Source: Candidatus Versatilivorator sp.
GTDB lineage: Bacteria > Acidobacteriota > Terriglobia > Versatilivoradales > Versatilivoraceae
NCBI GenBank assembly: GCA_965207735.1
Contig: OZ242296.1
Location: forward strand, 704,001 to 768,000
Length of the DNA: 64,000 bases
Reading direction: 5' to 3'
Below the pieces are notes generated by a model. It ran no database searches, had not been told where the DNA came from, and saw only the letters and a list, made by a program, of their open reading frames with translations. Below are positions 37,623 to 48,044 of the stretch, one piece after another; position 1 is the first letter of the stretch; each line of letters starts with the position of its first letter. Position numbers and translations under genes: made by a program.

Positions 37623-40600
37623 TCAATGGGGGAGATCCACCCGCAGGGAATTGTTTCGGGTGGTGATTTCTTCCACTTCGGGCTCGGACAATATCTGCAG
37701 GTGCAGCCTGGCACCGCCGCCGGCAGCCCGCAAACCGCTGAGGGGAACCACGGTGGTTTTCGGCTGAAGGTCCAGGGGAGCCGGCAACGAGGAGATCCGT
37801 CGTTCGAAAATCACGTCCCCCCTGGCATTCCGGATCTGCAGCCTGAAGGGGTGGGACGGAGCCGAGCCCAAGTTGTGAAGGGTCACCTTACCCCGGTCGT
37901 TGTCAGCCTCGTATTGAAAGTCTTGCGGGCCCAGTGCCAGGTCGGGAAGCTGCCAGATCGGAGTTCCCTTCTGCTCCTGCTTGATTTTGATGATGGTCGA
38001 CTTTCCCCCACGGAGTGTCAAGGGAACGGAACTGTGGCGCTTCAACCCCAGAATCCGGCGGTTGAGGCCAAGGTCGACCTGGCCGTCGTCATTGAGATCC
38101 AGCCCGGCAGTGATTTCGTAGATGCCGTTTTCCAACTGCCACACCCGCATCCGGACGTCGCGCAAGGTCTCGCCCAGGTTGAAGACGGTGACTTCCAGCT
38201 CATCGGGCTTGGCGCGGGAGACCAGAGCGGCCAGCTGCCCGCGGGTATTCTCCCAGCTCAACGCGTGTCCCGCGTAAATCTGTTGGTTGGCGTGGGCAAT
38301 TCCTCCCAGGCGAGCCCGCTGGGTTGCCCGGTGTGGAATGAAGATCCCTCCCGGGTTCAATTCCACCTCGGTGAAGAGAGTCCGGTTCTGTTCCATGTGC
38401 TTGAGCAGCGCCGCCTGATAGTCGAGCAGGTAGTCTTTTCGACCGGTTGCCTCATACGCATATTGACGCGCCAGCAGCGCCGCCTCTCTGAAGTGCAGGT
38501 GGTGGTTCCAGAGGCTTAATTGGGGAAGCAGCCGCAGAAAGGCGCCGGCCTTGGCGTCTTCCGCCAGAAACGGTTGCCACCGCGCCGCGGCCGTTTGGGC
38601 GGTGTCCGTGTGGCCGGCCTGTACCAGTTTGCTCAAGGGCCAGAGGAATTCGGGGTCGCCGGTCATCCGAAAGACCCCCCACATCAGGTCCAGCAGGGGT
38701 GGGCCGGGCATTCCTCGGCTCATGACCTCGTCGGTGGGAAAGTGGATGGACAGGGAGAGTCGCGGATAGCGGTCTTTCTTCCAGTGGTCCAGCCGCGCCT
38801 GGGCATACTCTTGCAACATCTCCACCAGGATTGGGGTCCGATTGTACTCGGCCAGCGCCAGGGCCGCATGCCAAAACAGAAGACTTGGAGCCTCTTCCCG
38901 GGCGTAGATGCCCTGCCCGACCGATTCGGTAGCGCTCACCCGGGAGGATCGAAAGTGGCGGTGACCTGCCGGGTTGACGCCGGTCAGACGATCCAGGTGA
39001 CGGGAGGTCTCCATCAGCATTTCGATCCAGCGGGGATTGCCGTAATCGAGCAGAGCCAGTATCGGAGCCAGATTCAACCCGGCCTGGTAGGCTTGGAGCG
39101 TGGGCTGGAGTTGACGGTTCAAGCCTTTTTCCAGGGTCCCGTCTCGCAAACGAGTTTCGACCAGGGACACCAGGGACTCCTTGAGACGGAGCGCCGGCCC
39201 GTCCATCAGCGCGATTCCCGGCCAATGGGCCGCCAGCCGGGTGTCGCCGTCCGGTCCGCCGCCGAATGTCCCGTCCTGGAGTTGCCGATTGTCGATCCAC
39301 CAGTCAGCAATGCGCCGATAGTGGTCCAGCAGCCGTTTCTGTTGAATGGCCCACTCGGGGTGTGCGAGAGGCGAGGGAGACTGCTCGCGGTACTCCGGCG
39401 GGATTGAATCGGGTTGAAGCAGTCCCTTGAAGGACAACCCCAACGGATCCTTGGGACTGGATTGCAGCACTCCCTCCGCCAGACGGAAGGTCTCGTCAAC
39501 GCCGCTGAAATTTCGGCGAGCCGAGGCAAAGTCCATGGACATCCAGTCCAACCTTCGGGTCAGCCTGCGCAGTCCCTGGCCGATCAGCAGATATCGGTCG
39601 GCAAGCAGGTCGGTCGGCTGGGCTTGCTCCGCGGGCAGCCGCCACTCTGTGGCAGTGCGCACCCGGATCTCCGCATTCTCGAAGTGCTGCCTGGAGAAGT
39701 CGAATTGGTCACTGGCCACGGTCATCCAAAGGGATTGACCCGCGGGGACGAAGCAATCCCCGAGATCAAGCTCGATGTCAGCCGGCTGTTCCGCCGACCA
39801 GCGAAAATCCACGGAAACAAGATTCCGCTGGGGAAGGATGGGATCCTTTACCGTCCATCTCACCTTGGACTCCTGGGGGATGTCTTGCGTGGAGCCTCCC
39901 ATACGGATGCGGATGGCCTTCACGGAGGTGTGGCCGAGGAAAGGGGGCAGAAAGATGTGTCGAAAGCCCTGGGTGGGAGGGAATTCCAGCCGGTTAGATG
40001 GGGGTTGAAAACTTTCTTCCGGCACAGCCACCCAGCCCTCCCGATCCCTGGGCAGATACCCCCTATGCAGCTCCGTTCGTCGACCGAAGAGAGACCTGAC
40101 CTGTCGGGCGGACTGACCCGGGAGGTCGGCTGCCTGCTCCGAGGGCAGCAGTCGAAAGGCCAACCATCCATCCTCGGTGCTTTCTACTCCTTTCACAGGA
40201 GCGTCCCGGATCGACAAAAGAGACAATTCTCGAACCTGCCCGGACTCTCTCTCCACTTCAATCCAGGGTGTGGAGAGGAATGCATTCAGAGGCTTGGCGG
40301 ATTCACTTCCCTGTTCCGAGGAAAGATCCCAAAGCAGCCGCCGCTGACTGTCCTTGCTTCCATAGATCTTTCCCCTCAGATTGCCGCGCAATCTGATGTG
40401 ACTGAGAGTCTCTTGCGGGACCTCGAGCCGCAAGGTCCTGCCCTCTTGCGGATATCCCGGCATTGCCGGCGGCCAGGAACTTTCGGAGAAACCATCCACG
40501 GCTGCCGGCGAGACCCGCTTGAGGTCTCGGGCTGACAGGATTCTCAACGGACGAATCGAGATGGGGGAGGTTAGCGGCAGGGTGCCCTCCGGATTATTCC

Positions 40601-41447
40601 AACCGAAACGGTCGATCCAGTGGCCGGAAGCCAATCCGGAGTCGACCTGTTTCGCCGAGGGGTGCCTGCCCCCACGACCGGCCCCCAGTTGAGACAGGTC
40701 TTCAATCGCCCCGGGACTCAAGGCTTCCGCAAAAGTGCGCAATTCGTCCACAAAGGCCCGTCTCTCGTTGCTCTCCCGGTAATAGGGGGTCAGGACCTGG
40801 GTGTGAATGCCGATCTGGTCCAGCCACCTGCCAAAATGGAAGCGTCCCAGATGATTGCCGACCTCCCGGCCGTCCATGTAAAAACGGAGCCCTTCCAGTT
40901 CATGCCAGGTAAAGGCCAAAAAGAACCAGCGACCGGCAACCACGTCGGCGCTGTTTCCGGCATCCGCCTCGAGGATTCCGGAGTCGCGGTCGAAGAGCCT
41001 CAATTTAAGGGTCCGGCCTGTCCAAAAAAGGTGAGCGAAGAGGTGTTCGGGGGAATGAAGCTGCCGGGTGCTGATGCGAATGATGGAAAATGGGGTCTTC
41101 CCGGGGGGCTCGTCCAACTGCCACCAAAAAGCCAGGGTTCCCTGTTCGGGATAGACATTCCCGGCCGCGGCAAAGCTAAGCAGGGCTCCCCAGTCCAGGA
41201 ACAGGGCTCTTCCCTGCCGGCCGCGTCTGTCAACGCGGACCTTCCAGTTGCCCAGGGGAGCGGCATCTCCCTCTGCCTGGTCGGCCAGAACCCTGCGTTC
41301 GAAGGAAGCATAAAAAAGGGGTGAGGTGCTATCCTCGGCCAAGAATTCCACCCCGAAGGCTACCGAAAAGATCGCGGAAAGGAGAAGGGCAGGAGCCCGA
41401 AAGTGTCTTCTGGTGTTCTTGCTCACGGGGAGAAACGCGTGCACCAC
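37623..41447 (-). CDS. large exported protein: N-terminal LamG/concanavalin-like domain, helical core, C-terminal Ig/CARDB-like domain
   Basis: Signal-like N-terminus; GTLAFWW, GRWFFLAFTW, FYMDG, VDELRTF (LamG); C-terminal PDLAL...VTLHNLG...EITTRNN. Confidence 0.75.
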   Translation of the reverse strand: MVHAFLPVSKNTRRHFRAPALLLSAIFSVAFGVEFLAEDSTSPLFYASFERRVLADQAEGDAAPLGNWKVRVDRRGRQGRALFLDWGALLSFAAAGNVYPEQGTLAFWWQLDEPPGKTPFSIIRISTRQLHSPEHLFAHLFWTGRTLKLRLFDRDSGILEADAGNSADVVAGRWFFLAFTWHELEGLRFYMDGREVGNHLGRFHFGRWLDQIGIHTQVLTPYYRESNERRAFVDELRTFAEALSPGAIEDLSQLGAGRGGRHPSAKQVDSGLASGHWIDRFGWNNPEGTLPLTSPISIRPLRILSARDLKRVSPAAVDGFSESSWPPAMPGYPQEGRTLRLEVPQETLSHIRLRGNLRGKIYGSKDSQRRLLWDLSSEQGSESAKPLNAFLSTPWIEVERESGQVRELSLLSIRDAPVKGVESTEDGWLAFRLLPSEQAADLPGQSARQVRSLFGRRTELHRGYLPRDREGWVAVPEESFQPPSNRLEFPPTQGFRHIFLPPFLGHTSVKAIRIRMGGSTQDIPQESKVRWTVKDPILPQRNLVSVDFRWSAEQPADIELDLGDCFVPAGQSLWMTVASDQFDFSRQHFENAEIRVRTATEWRLPAEQAQPTDLLADRYLLIGQGLRRLTRRLDWMSMDFASARRNFSGVDETFRLAEGVLQSSPKDPLGLSFKGLLQPDSIPPEYREQSPSPLAHPEWAIQQKRLLDHYRRIADWWIDNRQLQDGTFGGGPDGDTRLAAHWPGIALMDGPALRLKESLVSLVETRLRDGTLEKGLNRQLQPTLQAYQAGLNLAPILALLDYGNPRWIEMLMETSRHLDRLTGVNPAGHRHFRSSRVSATESVGQGIYAREEAPSLLFWHAALALAEYNRTPILVEMLQEYAQARLDHWKKDRYPRLSLSIHFPTDEVMSRGMPGPPLLDLMWGVFRMTGDPEFLWPLSKLVQAGHTDTAQTAAARWQPFLAEDAKAGAFLRLLPQLSLWNHHLHFREAALLARQYAYEATGRKDYLLDYQAALLKHMEQNRTLFTEVELNPGGIFIPHRATQRARLGGIAHANQQIYAGHALSWENTRGQLAALVSRAKPDELEVTVFNLGETLRDVRMRVWQLENGIYEITAGLDLNDDGQVDLGLNRRILGLKRHSSVPLTLRGGKSTIIKIKQEQKGTPIWQLPDLALGPQDFQYEADNDRGKVTLHNLGSAPSHPFRLQIRNARGDVIFERRISSLPAPLDLQPKTTVVPLSGLRAAGGGARLHLQILSEPEVEEITTRNNSLRVDLPH

Positions 41448-41505
41448 CGGATAGTCTTCTGTCTCGGAAGTATGGTAACCCTATTTCCGGGACAGGACAC
41501 TAAAG

Positions 41506-44500
41506 CTAACGGATCCCGCTGAACTTTTCCTGCAGGAGGCGAATCTTCTCCGAAAAGGAAAGATTGGAGGTATCCGGAAGGACGTCCGCTTCAGGTGGTC
41601 TGGGTCGCTTGGGCCGGATGGCGGTGGTCTTGACCGCGGTGGCCTGACGCTTCTTTGTCTGGCGGCCCTTGGGGCCGGAAGGCCTTCTTTCCGGCTTTCC
41701 GGCGCGTCGCTTTTCCTGATGGTTGCCCTTCTCGCCGGCCGATGCATGCTTCGTTTTGAGTGTGGGTGTGCGTGAGCCTGTCTTCAGTGGCTTCTTCTTG
41801 CGTTTATTGGAGTCTTCCCTGACCCGGAGGGCCTTGATCGAAAGCGAAATCCTGTTGGTAGCGGTGTCCACGCCAATCACCTTTGCCTTGACCACTTGGC
41901 CTACGTGGACCGCTTGGTTCGCGTCCCGCACAAAACGGCTGGAGAGTTCGGAAATGTGGATCAGCCCCTCTTGTTGCACTCCGATATCCACGAACGCCCC
42001 GAAGCTGGTCACGTTGCTCACCGTTCCCTCAACCAGCATCCCCTCATGCAGATCCGACACCTCCTTGACATCCTCTCGAAACGAGGGCGGAACGAAGGCT
42101 CTCCGGCGGTCACGCCCGCGGCGGCCCAGTTCCCGTCTAATGTCCTGCAGTGTCGGAAGTCCGAACCGATCGCTGGATAATTTCTCCAGATCCAATGCCT
42201 TGAGTTTCTCAGGACTCTCAATCAGTTCAGCCACCGTTGCCTGCACCGATCCAGCCATCTCCTCCACCAGGTCGTAACACTCGGGATGAATAGCCGTTCC
42301 ATCCAGCGGCTGTTCGCCTCCGGGAACTCGCAGGAAACCGGCGGACTGTTCAAAGCGAGTTTCGGTAATCCCTGGAACCTCCATCAGTTGGGAGCGTGAG
42401 GAAAAGGGGCCGTGCTTCTGGCGGTATTCGACGATGCTTCGGGCCAAGGCGGAGTTCAACCCGGCAACGTGAGCGAGTAGCTGCACCGGCGCCGTGTTCA
42501 CATCCAGGCCCACCTGGTTGACACAGGATTCGAGGGCTCCCTCCAGCGTCCGCTTGAGGCGTCTTGGCTCAACCTCCTGCAGATCGGACCCCGCCAGGAT
42601 GGCCTTGGGTTGAATCTTCGCTAACTCGGCCAGCGGATCCTGCATTCGCCGAGCGATGGAAACGGCTCCCCGAACGCCAAGGTCCAGCCTGGGAAATTCC
42701 TTGCGAGCCGCCTCTGAGCTCGCGTAGGCCGCCGTTCCACCCTTGTGGACGATGGCGGAAAAAATCGGCGGTCGCTGGGCCGGCGTGGTCTCCGAGCGGG
42801 GCGACTCGCTCGCTGTCGGAGTGGGCGCCACCTCCATCGCCTCCGGAGTCCTGTCTTCAACCGGGCTTGCAGATTTCAGCTCGCCATTCCGATGGCTGTT
42901 TTCGTCGGCAGGTCTTTCCGCTCCTTCAGACGCAGAGGAGGCTGTCGGGGCGGAGTCTTCCTCGGAGGATGGCCGGGTAGCGGCACTTTCCCGATTGGTA
43001 TCCGCGCCCGCATCCTCCTGGATCGGAGCCGGCACCGCCATCGCCTCCGGAGTCCCGTCTTCAACCGGGCTTGCAGAGTTCAGCTCGCCATTCCGATGGC
43101 TGTTTTCGTCGGCAGGTCTTTCCGCTCCTTCAGACGCAGAGGAGGCTGTCGGGGCGGAGTCTTCCTCGGAGGATGGCCGGGTAGCGGCGCTTTCCCGATC
43201 GGTATCCGCGTCCGCTTTCTCGTGAATGGGAGCCGCCACCGCCACGGGTTTATCGGGGTTGGCCTCTGGCAAGGATTTTTCCCGGGGAGAATTCGGCTCT
43301 TCCACCGCCTCGGTTGCCGGAGGCCGATTGTCTGCTGCGGGGCCGGAAGGTTCGCTTTCCGTCCGGCCGTTGACCCCTTCTTCCCTCTTGGACGGAGCGT
43401 CGGATTTGGCCACCTTCCCACGGACCAGGTTGAGATCAAAGGAGTGCCCGGCACGATACTTGGTCAGAAAGCTCTTGACGAAACGCTCGGTTTCCCGCGA
43501 TCCGACTCCGTTGCCGATGGCGATGGTGTGAGTTCCGTGACGCTGGATGAGCCGATAGAGGATGGCTTCGGCCCGGTCGCTGTTTTTGCGGGGCAATCCC
43601 GGCGCGAAGGTGGCGTGCTCACGATAGCTCCCGTTTGCATCGATGACCGCTATCCTGCATGCCGAGCGGGCTCCGGGATCCATTCCCATGACCGCAATCG
43701 ACCCCAGCGGGGGCGCCAACAGCAAATTGGCAAGATTGGCTTGAAACAGTTTCAGCGCTTCGTTGTCGGACCTCTCCTTCAAGTTCGATCGGACTTCGGC
43801 CTGGAGGAGGGGTTTCAAGGAGTGGAGATAGGCATTTTGGATGGCTCTTTCCAGAAAGGGAACGCAGGGGGAATCGGACTGGCGGATCGTCTTGTCCCGG
43901 ATCACCTGGAGAGCCTTTTGATCGTCCAATTCGATTTCAAGGGTCAGAATTCCCTCCCGGACGCCGCGTCGTAGCGCCGTCACTCGGTGAAAGGGAATCC
44001 GAGAAATCTCTTCGCGGAAGTCATAGAAACTGTCGTATTTGGTTTTTTCGCCCGCTTTCCCTTCGACGACCTTCGAAACCACCGTCCCTTCCGAGGACAT
44101 CAATCGCCTGAGCGCTCCTCGAATCGCGGCATCATCGGCCACCCACCGGGCCACGATTGCCAGTGCGCCTTCAATGGCTTCCTCCTTTGTGGCAACAGCC
44201 TTTTCCTCGGAGAGATACTTTTCGGCGAAGGCGTCGATGGAGAATTTCCCGGTTTCCTGCGCCCACAGTTGTTTGGCCAGGGACTCCAGCCCTTTCTCTC
44301 TGGCGGCGGATGCTTCTTTGCTTTCCTGGCGCTTGAAGGGAGCGTAGAGATCCTCCAGCCTGTTCTTGTCGTAACAGGCCAGAAGCTGTTCCTTCAGTTC
44401 GTCGGAGAGCTTGTCCTGATCTTCAATCCTGGACAGGATCAGCCGCCTCCGCTTCAGGAACGCGCGATACCGACCGTGACATTCCGCAATGCGGCGAATC

Positions 44501-44667
44501 CTGGGCTCGTCCAGGTTTCCCGTAGCTTCCTTGCGATACCGGGCAATGAAGGGGATGGCTGCCGGCTTTTCCAGCAAGTCCAGGGTGGCCCCAACCTGCT
44601 TGGGTGAGGTTCCGGACTCTTTGGCGATTTTTTGGAGTAGGGTGGGGTCCAGATCCATGCGGTTCAT
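41506..44667 (-). CDS. divergent Tex-like protein (YqgF, HhH, S1) with a large low-complexity insertion
   Basis: IPFIARYRKEATG, EDLYAPFK, GMDPG, AIGNG, SIARRMQDPLAEL, DVNTA, S1 NVTSFGAFVDIGV; two 204-bp tandem repeats at ~42834-43241. Confidence 0.9.
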   Translation of the reverse strand: MNRMDLDPTLLQKIAKESGTSPKQVGATLDLLEKPAAIPFIARYRKEATGNLDEPRIRRIAECHGRYRAFLKRRRLILSRIEDQDKLSDELKEQLLACYDKNRLEDLYAPFKRQESKEASAAREKGLESLAKQLWAQETGKFSIDAFAEKYLSEEKAVATKEEAIEGALAIVARWVADDAAIRGALRRLMSSEGTVVSKVVEGKAGEKTKYDSFYDFREEISRIPFHRVTALRRGVREGILTLEIELDDQKALQVIRDKTIRQSDSPCVPFLERAIQNAYLHSLKPLLQAEVRSNLKERSDNEALKLFQANLANLLLAPPLGSIAVMGMDPGARSACRIAVIDANGSYREHATFAPGLPRKNSDRAEAILYRLIQRHGTHTIAIGNGVGSRETERFVKSFLTKYRAGHSFDLNLVRGKVAKSDAPSKREEGVNGRTESEPSGPAADNRPPATEAVEEPNSPREKSLPEANPDKPVAVAAPIHEKADADTDRESAATRPSSEEDSAPTASSASEGAERPADENSHRNGELNSASPVEDGTPEAMAVPAPIQEDAGADTNRESAATRPSSEEDSAPTASSASEGAERPADENSHRNGELKSASPVEDRTPEAMEVAPTPTASESPRSETTPAQRPPIFSAIVHKGGTAAYASSEAARKEFPRLDLGVRGAVSIARRMQDPLAELAKIQPKAILAGSDLQEVEPRRLKRTLEGALESCVNQVGLDVNTAPVQLLAHVAGLNSALARSIVEYRQKHGPFSSRSQLMEVPGITETRFEQSAGFLRVPGGEQPLDGTAIHPECYDLVEEMAGSVQATVAELIESPEKLKALDLEKLSSDRFGLPTLQDIRRELGRRGRDRRRAFVPPSFREDVKEVSDLHEGMLVEGTVSNVTSFGAFVDIGVQQEGLIHISELSSRFVRDANQAVHVGQVVKAKVIGVDTATNRISLSIKALRVREDSNKRKKKPLKTGSRTPTLKTKHASAGEKGNHQEKRRAGKPERRPSGPKGRQTKKRQATAVKTTAIRPKRPRPPEADVLPDTSNLSFSEKIRLLQEKFSGIR

Positions 44668-44799
44668 TTCCTGCAAGCGAGCCACACATTATAGCAGAAC
44701 GGCTCCAGACCGCCACCGCAAGCCATCGTTGCAAAGGAAGGAATCCCTCGGGGCCGTTCCGAGTGTCCTCTCTCAGAAAAAAAACGATTTCCTGTCGTG

Positions 44800-46002
44800 T
44801 CAACCATTCGTCAGGGAGAGCGCTCGTTGGGCCGCGCGATCCAGGGCATTGCGGAGTTGGCTGGAGTCGCTCCCGCCACCCTGAACCAAGGCAGGTGCGC
44901 CGCCGCCCCTTCCCGAAATCATGCGACTGCACTCCGTCATCACCGGGCGAAGGTCTCCGGCAAGAGACTCACTCCGGGCCAGGAGGAGTTGCGCTTTCTC
45001 GCCGCCGTTGCCGAGCAGGACCCAGCAAGGGCCGCAGGCCAGCAGGCGTTGCGCCAGCAGGGTGAGAAATCCTCTCTCTTCTCCCTCAAATTGATGCTTC
45101 ACAATTCGTATCCCCTCCCTGCAAGGCGCCTGGTCGAAAAGATCTTGCGCCAGTAGCTCAGCCAGCCACTCGTCCTTTTCCTTCAAACGCTTGCGAATGG
45201 TTTTTATTTCCCGCGTCTGTTTTTCGACTCGATCGGGGGCATCCTGAGGGGCAACCGAGAGTTCCCTGGCGATTCGATCCAGGTCTCCCGAGCGGTGGCG
45301 ATAGGAGTGGAGTGAGCGCTGCCCGCAAACGAATTCCACGCGAGTCCGGCGGTTCACCCGCTCAACGCGATTGATGAAAATTCCACCGATTTCTCCGGTT
45401 AGTCTCACATGGGTGCCGCCACAGGCTGAAACGTCGAAGTCCTCGATGGTGAGCACTCTCAGGATTCCTTTCCGTTGGCTTGGCTTGCGCAAGTTGAGGT
45501 CGCCGGCCTCGTCGGGGGACACCAATTGTGGAGTGACGCTTCGGTTTTGGTAGACGATCGAGTTTGCCAGATCCTCGGCCGATCGCAAGGTGGCCTGGCC
45601 GACCTCGGCTGCTTCGAGATCGATGGTGGCATACTCGGCACTGAGGTGAAAGCCGATGGTGGCGAGGGAAGCGACTCGAACAAAGGCTTGCGAAAGGATA
45701 TGCTGGCCCGTGTGCTGCTGCATGTGGTCGAACCGTCTGGGCCAATCAACCCGGCATTGGACCTCGGTGAGGGGGAGGCGGTGTTGCAGCCGGTGGATGA
45801 CGGTTCCATCGGGACCATCCACCACCTCAACCACCGGAAATCCCTCGATAAACCCCAGATCATGGGGTTGGCCGCCCGAGGTGGGATAGAAGGCGGTTCG
45901 ATCCAGCCTCACTTCAAAAAAATTCCCAGCCTGTTCCGCCTGAAGGATTCGGGCCTCAAACTCGGTCAGGTAGCTATCCGAAAAGTAGAGCCGGTCGGTC
46001 AT
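44800..46002 (-). CDS. alanyl-tRNA editing protein (AlaX with DHHA1 domain)
   Basis: FYPTSGGQPHD, MQQHTGQH, ACGGTH, GRGGG. Confidence 0.92.
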   Translation of the reverse strand: MTDRLYFSDSYLTEFEARILQAEQAGNFFEVRLDRTAFYPTSGGQPHDLGFIEGFPVVEVVDGPDGTVIHRLQHRLPLTEVQCRVDWPRRFDHMQQHTGQHILSQAFVRVASLATIGFHLSAEYATIDLEAAEVGQATLRSAEDLANSIVYQNRSVTPQLVSPDEAGDLNLRKPSQRKGILRVLTIEDFDVSACGGTHVRLTGEIGGIFINRVERVNRRTRVEFVCGQRSLHSYRHRSGDLDRIARELSVAPQDAPDRVEKQTREIKTIRKRLKEKDEWLAELLAQDLFDQAPCREGIRIVKHQFEGEERGFLTLLAQRLLACGPCWVLLGNGGEKAQLLLARSESLAGDLRPVMTECSRMISGRGGGAPALVQGGGSDSSQLRNALDRAAQRALSLTNG

Positions 46003-46058
46003 GGAAAGTCTTCCGGGTGAGCCGTCGTTTGGCAATTGGGGCCGCGGGGCCGTCCATT

Positions 46059-47228
46059 TCAAGCTTCGAAAAGATGCAGGTACTTCAATCCCGATCCGGT
46101 GTTGAAGAGGACGACTTCGTCGGAAGGCCGGACAAAACGGGATTGGATCAGCTTCTTCAGAGCAGCCAGGGTGGCTCCGCCTTCCGGACAGACAAACAGA
46201 CCCTCCGACCGCCCCATGGTCCTGGCCTCGACCAACATTTCCCGGTCGGTTACCGCCACTGCCGTACCGCCGCTTTGGCGCAGGATTTCCAGCATCAGAA
46301 AATCGCCGATGGCTCGCGGCACCCGCAATCCAGCTGCAAGCGTGTTTGCCTGGGACCAGGGCTCGCATCGAGCCTTGCCTTGCTCAAAGGCCCGTACCAC
46401 CGGAGCACATCCGGCAGCCTGAACGCTTACCATCCTGGGTTGCTTGGAATTGACCCAGCCCAGTTGCCGCATTTCCTGGAAGGCCTTCCACATTCCCACC
46501 AGCCCCGTGCCTCCTCCGGTGGGGTAAATGATGACATCGGGCAAGCGCCATTGGAGCTGCTCGGCCAATTCCAGCCCCAGGGTCTTCTTGCCTTCGATCC
46601 GGTAAGGCTCCTTCAAGGTGGCGACGTCGAACCAGCCGTTGGCGCTGGCCTGCTGGGCCGCCAGACGGCCGCAATCGGTGATGAGACCGTCCACCAAATG
46701 AACCCGGGCTCCCAGGGCTTCGCACTCGATGCGGTTGGCCGGTGGGACGTCTCGAGGCATGAAAACGTGGGCTTGCATCCCGGCCCGGGCGGCGTAGGCC
46801 GCCAGTGCTCCACCGGCGTTTCCGGCTGATGGAATTGCCAGCCTTTCAGCACCCAGGGCCTTGGCCATGGATACCGCCGCCGACAATCCTCGGGCCTTGA
46901 AGGAGCCCGTGGGGTTGGCGGACTCGTCCTTGATCCAAAGTCGGGACAACCCCAGGCTGGAGGCCAGTCTGCCGGCATCGACCAATGGAGTGCCGCCCTC
47001 GCCCAGGCTGATCCTCGCCTGAGAATTTCCGGGAGGCAACAGTTCCTCGTACCTCCACATCGTTTGAGGTCGACTCCCCTGGAACTTATGGGGGAGGCTC
47101 GCTTGAACTGCCGGTAGGTCATAGCGGACCAACAGGGGGTTGCCGCAGGGACAGAGGTTGATCAATTGTCGAGGCGAGTGGACTTTGGCGCAGGCGCTGC
47201 ACTCCAGATTGAGCAGAAAAGGGTTCAC
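46059..47228 (-). CDS. thrC: threonine synthase family PLP enzyme
   Basis: N-terminal CSAC..CPC, SLGEGGTPL, NPTGSFKARG, PSAGNAG, PTGGG, FNTG; start uncertain. Confidence 0.85.
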   Translation of the reverse strand: MNPFLLNLECSACAKVHSPRQLINLCPCGNPLLVRYDLPAVQASLPHKFQGSRPQTMWRYEELLPPGNSQARISLGEGGTPLVDAGRLASSLGLSRLWIKDESANPTGSFKARGLSAAVSMAKALGAERLAIPSAGNAGGALAAYAARAGMQAHVFMPRDVPPANRIECEALGARVHLVDGLITDCGRLAAQQASANGWFDVATLKEPYRIEGKKTLGLELAEQLQWRLPDVIIYPTGGGTGLVGMWKAFQEMRQLGWVNSKQPRMVSVQAAGCAPVVRAFEQGKARCEPWSQANTLAAGLRVPRAIGDFLMLEILRQSGGTAVAVTDREMLVEARTMGRSEGLFVCPEGGATLAALKKLIQSRFVRPSDEVVLFNTGSGLKYLHLFEA

Positions 47229-47502
47229 CGGAAAGAACTCCCGAGGAGAGCATGGATCGGACCGGCAGTCAGTATACCCCATGTCCCGCTTGCCTGAACC
47301 CATCGAGCGGTTGTCCACAAAAGCGACCTCCACGACGAGGCGGAAGAACCGCGAATGAACACGAATTGACACCAATAATCGCATCGATGATCTGTCTTCG
47401 TGTCCAATGGTGGTTCACATCCATCATCACTAACGAACGCCGCCTTACCTCGAATGATCCGCATGCCGGATCCCGCCGGGGATCGAAATTTTTTTCTTAG
47501 TT

Positions 47503-47856
47503 AACATGGATGAAAAGGATGAACAGGATGAACAAGACGTAAGATTTCTGCACCGGAAGCCGGCTCGGGGGATGATGCGGTGCGGGCCTGCGGATGCTCA
47601 GGATCGCAGGCTGCCGGACTCCTGAAACAAAATCCTGTGTATCCATGAGCCTTTTGCAACATTCCGCAGCCAACGGTTTTATGGAGGCTCGGAACAGGTT
47701 TTGATTCACATGGATGCACAGGATGCACAGGATTTTTTCAGGAAACGGCTAGCGGGTAATCCTGGCATCCGCAAATCCGCACACGATCATTGCCGGAGCC
47801 GGCTTCTCGTGCAGCAGCGTCCCGTACTGGTTATCCTGTGCATGGATGTGAATTAT
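47503..47856. repeat. two adjacent nonamer-IR GxxExxY-relic elements separated by a GAGCCTTTTGCAA end
   Basis: 47503-47646 reads MDEKDEQDEQDVRFLHRKPARGMMRCG; 47645-47856 is nearly identical to 52234-52446. Confidence 0.8.
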
Positions 47857-48044
47857 CCCTGTAACTCTGGGGTGAGATCGCCGCCGCATCCCGCCCTTGC
47901 AAAGGGGAGAAATATGGGTTAAAATCTTCCCAAGCCCTGATACCGTTGACCTGCGCCCTCAAAGGCCGCCATAACGGTTCTCATCGACAACGCCTGTCGC
48001 ATGACCACATGGACTGAGTGCGGTCGTCCCAAAGGAGGGGTAAC

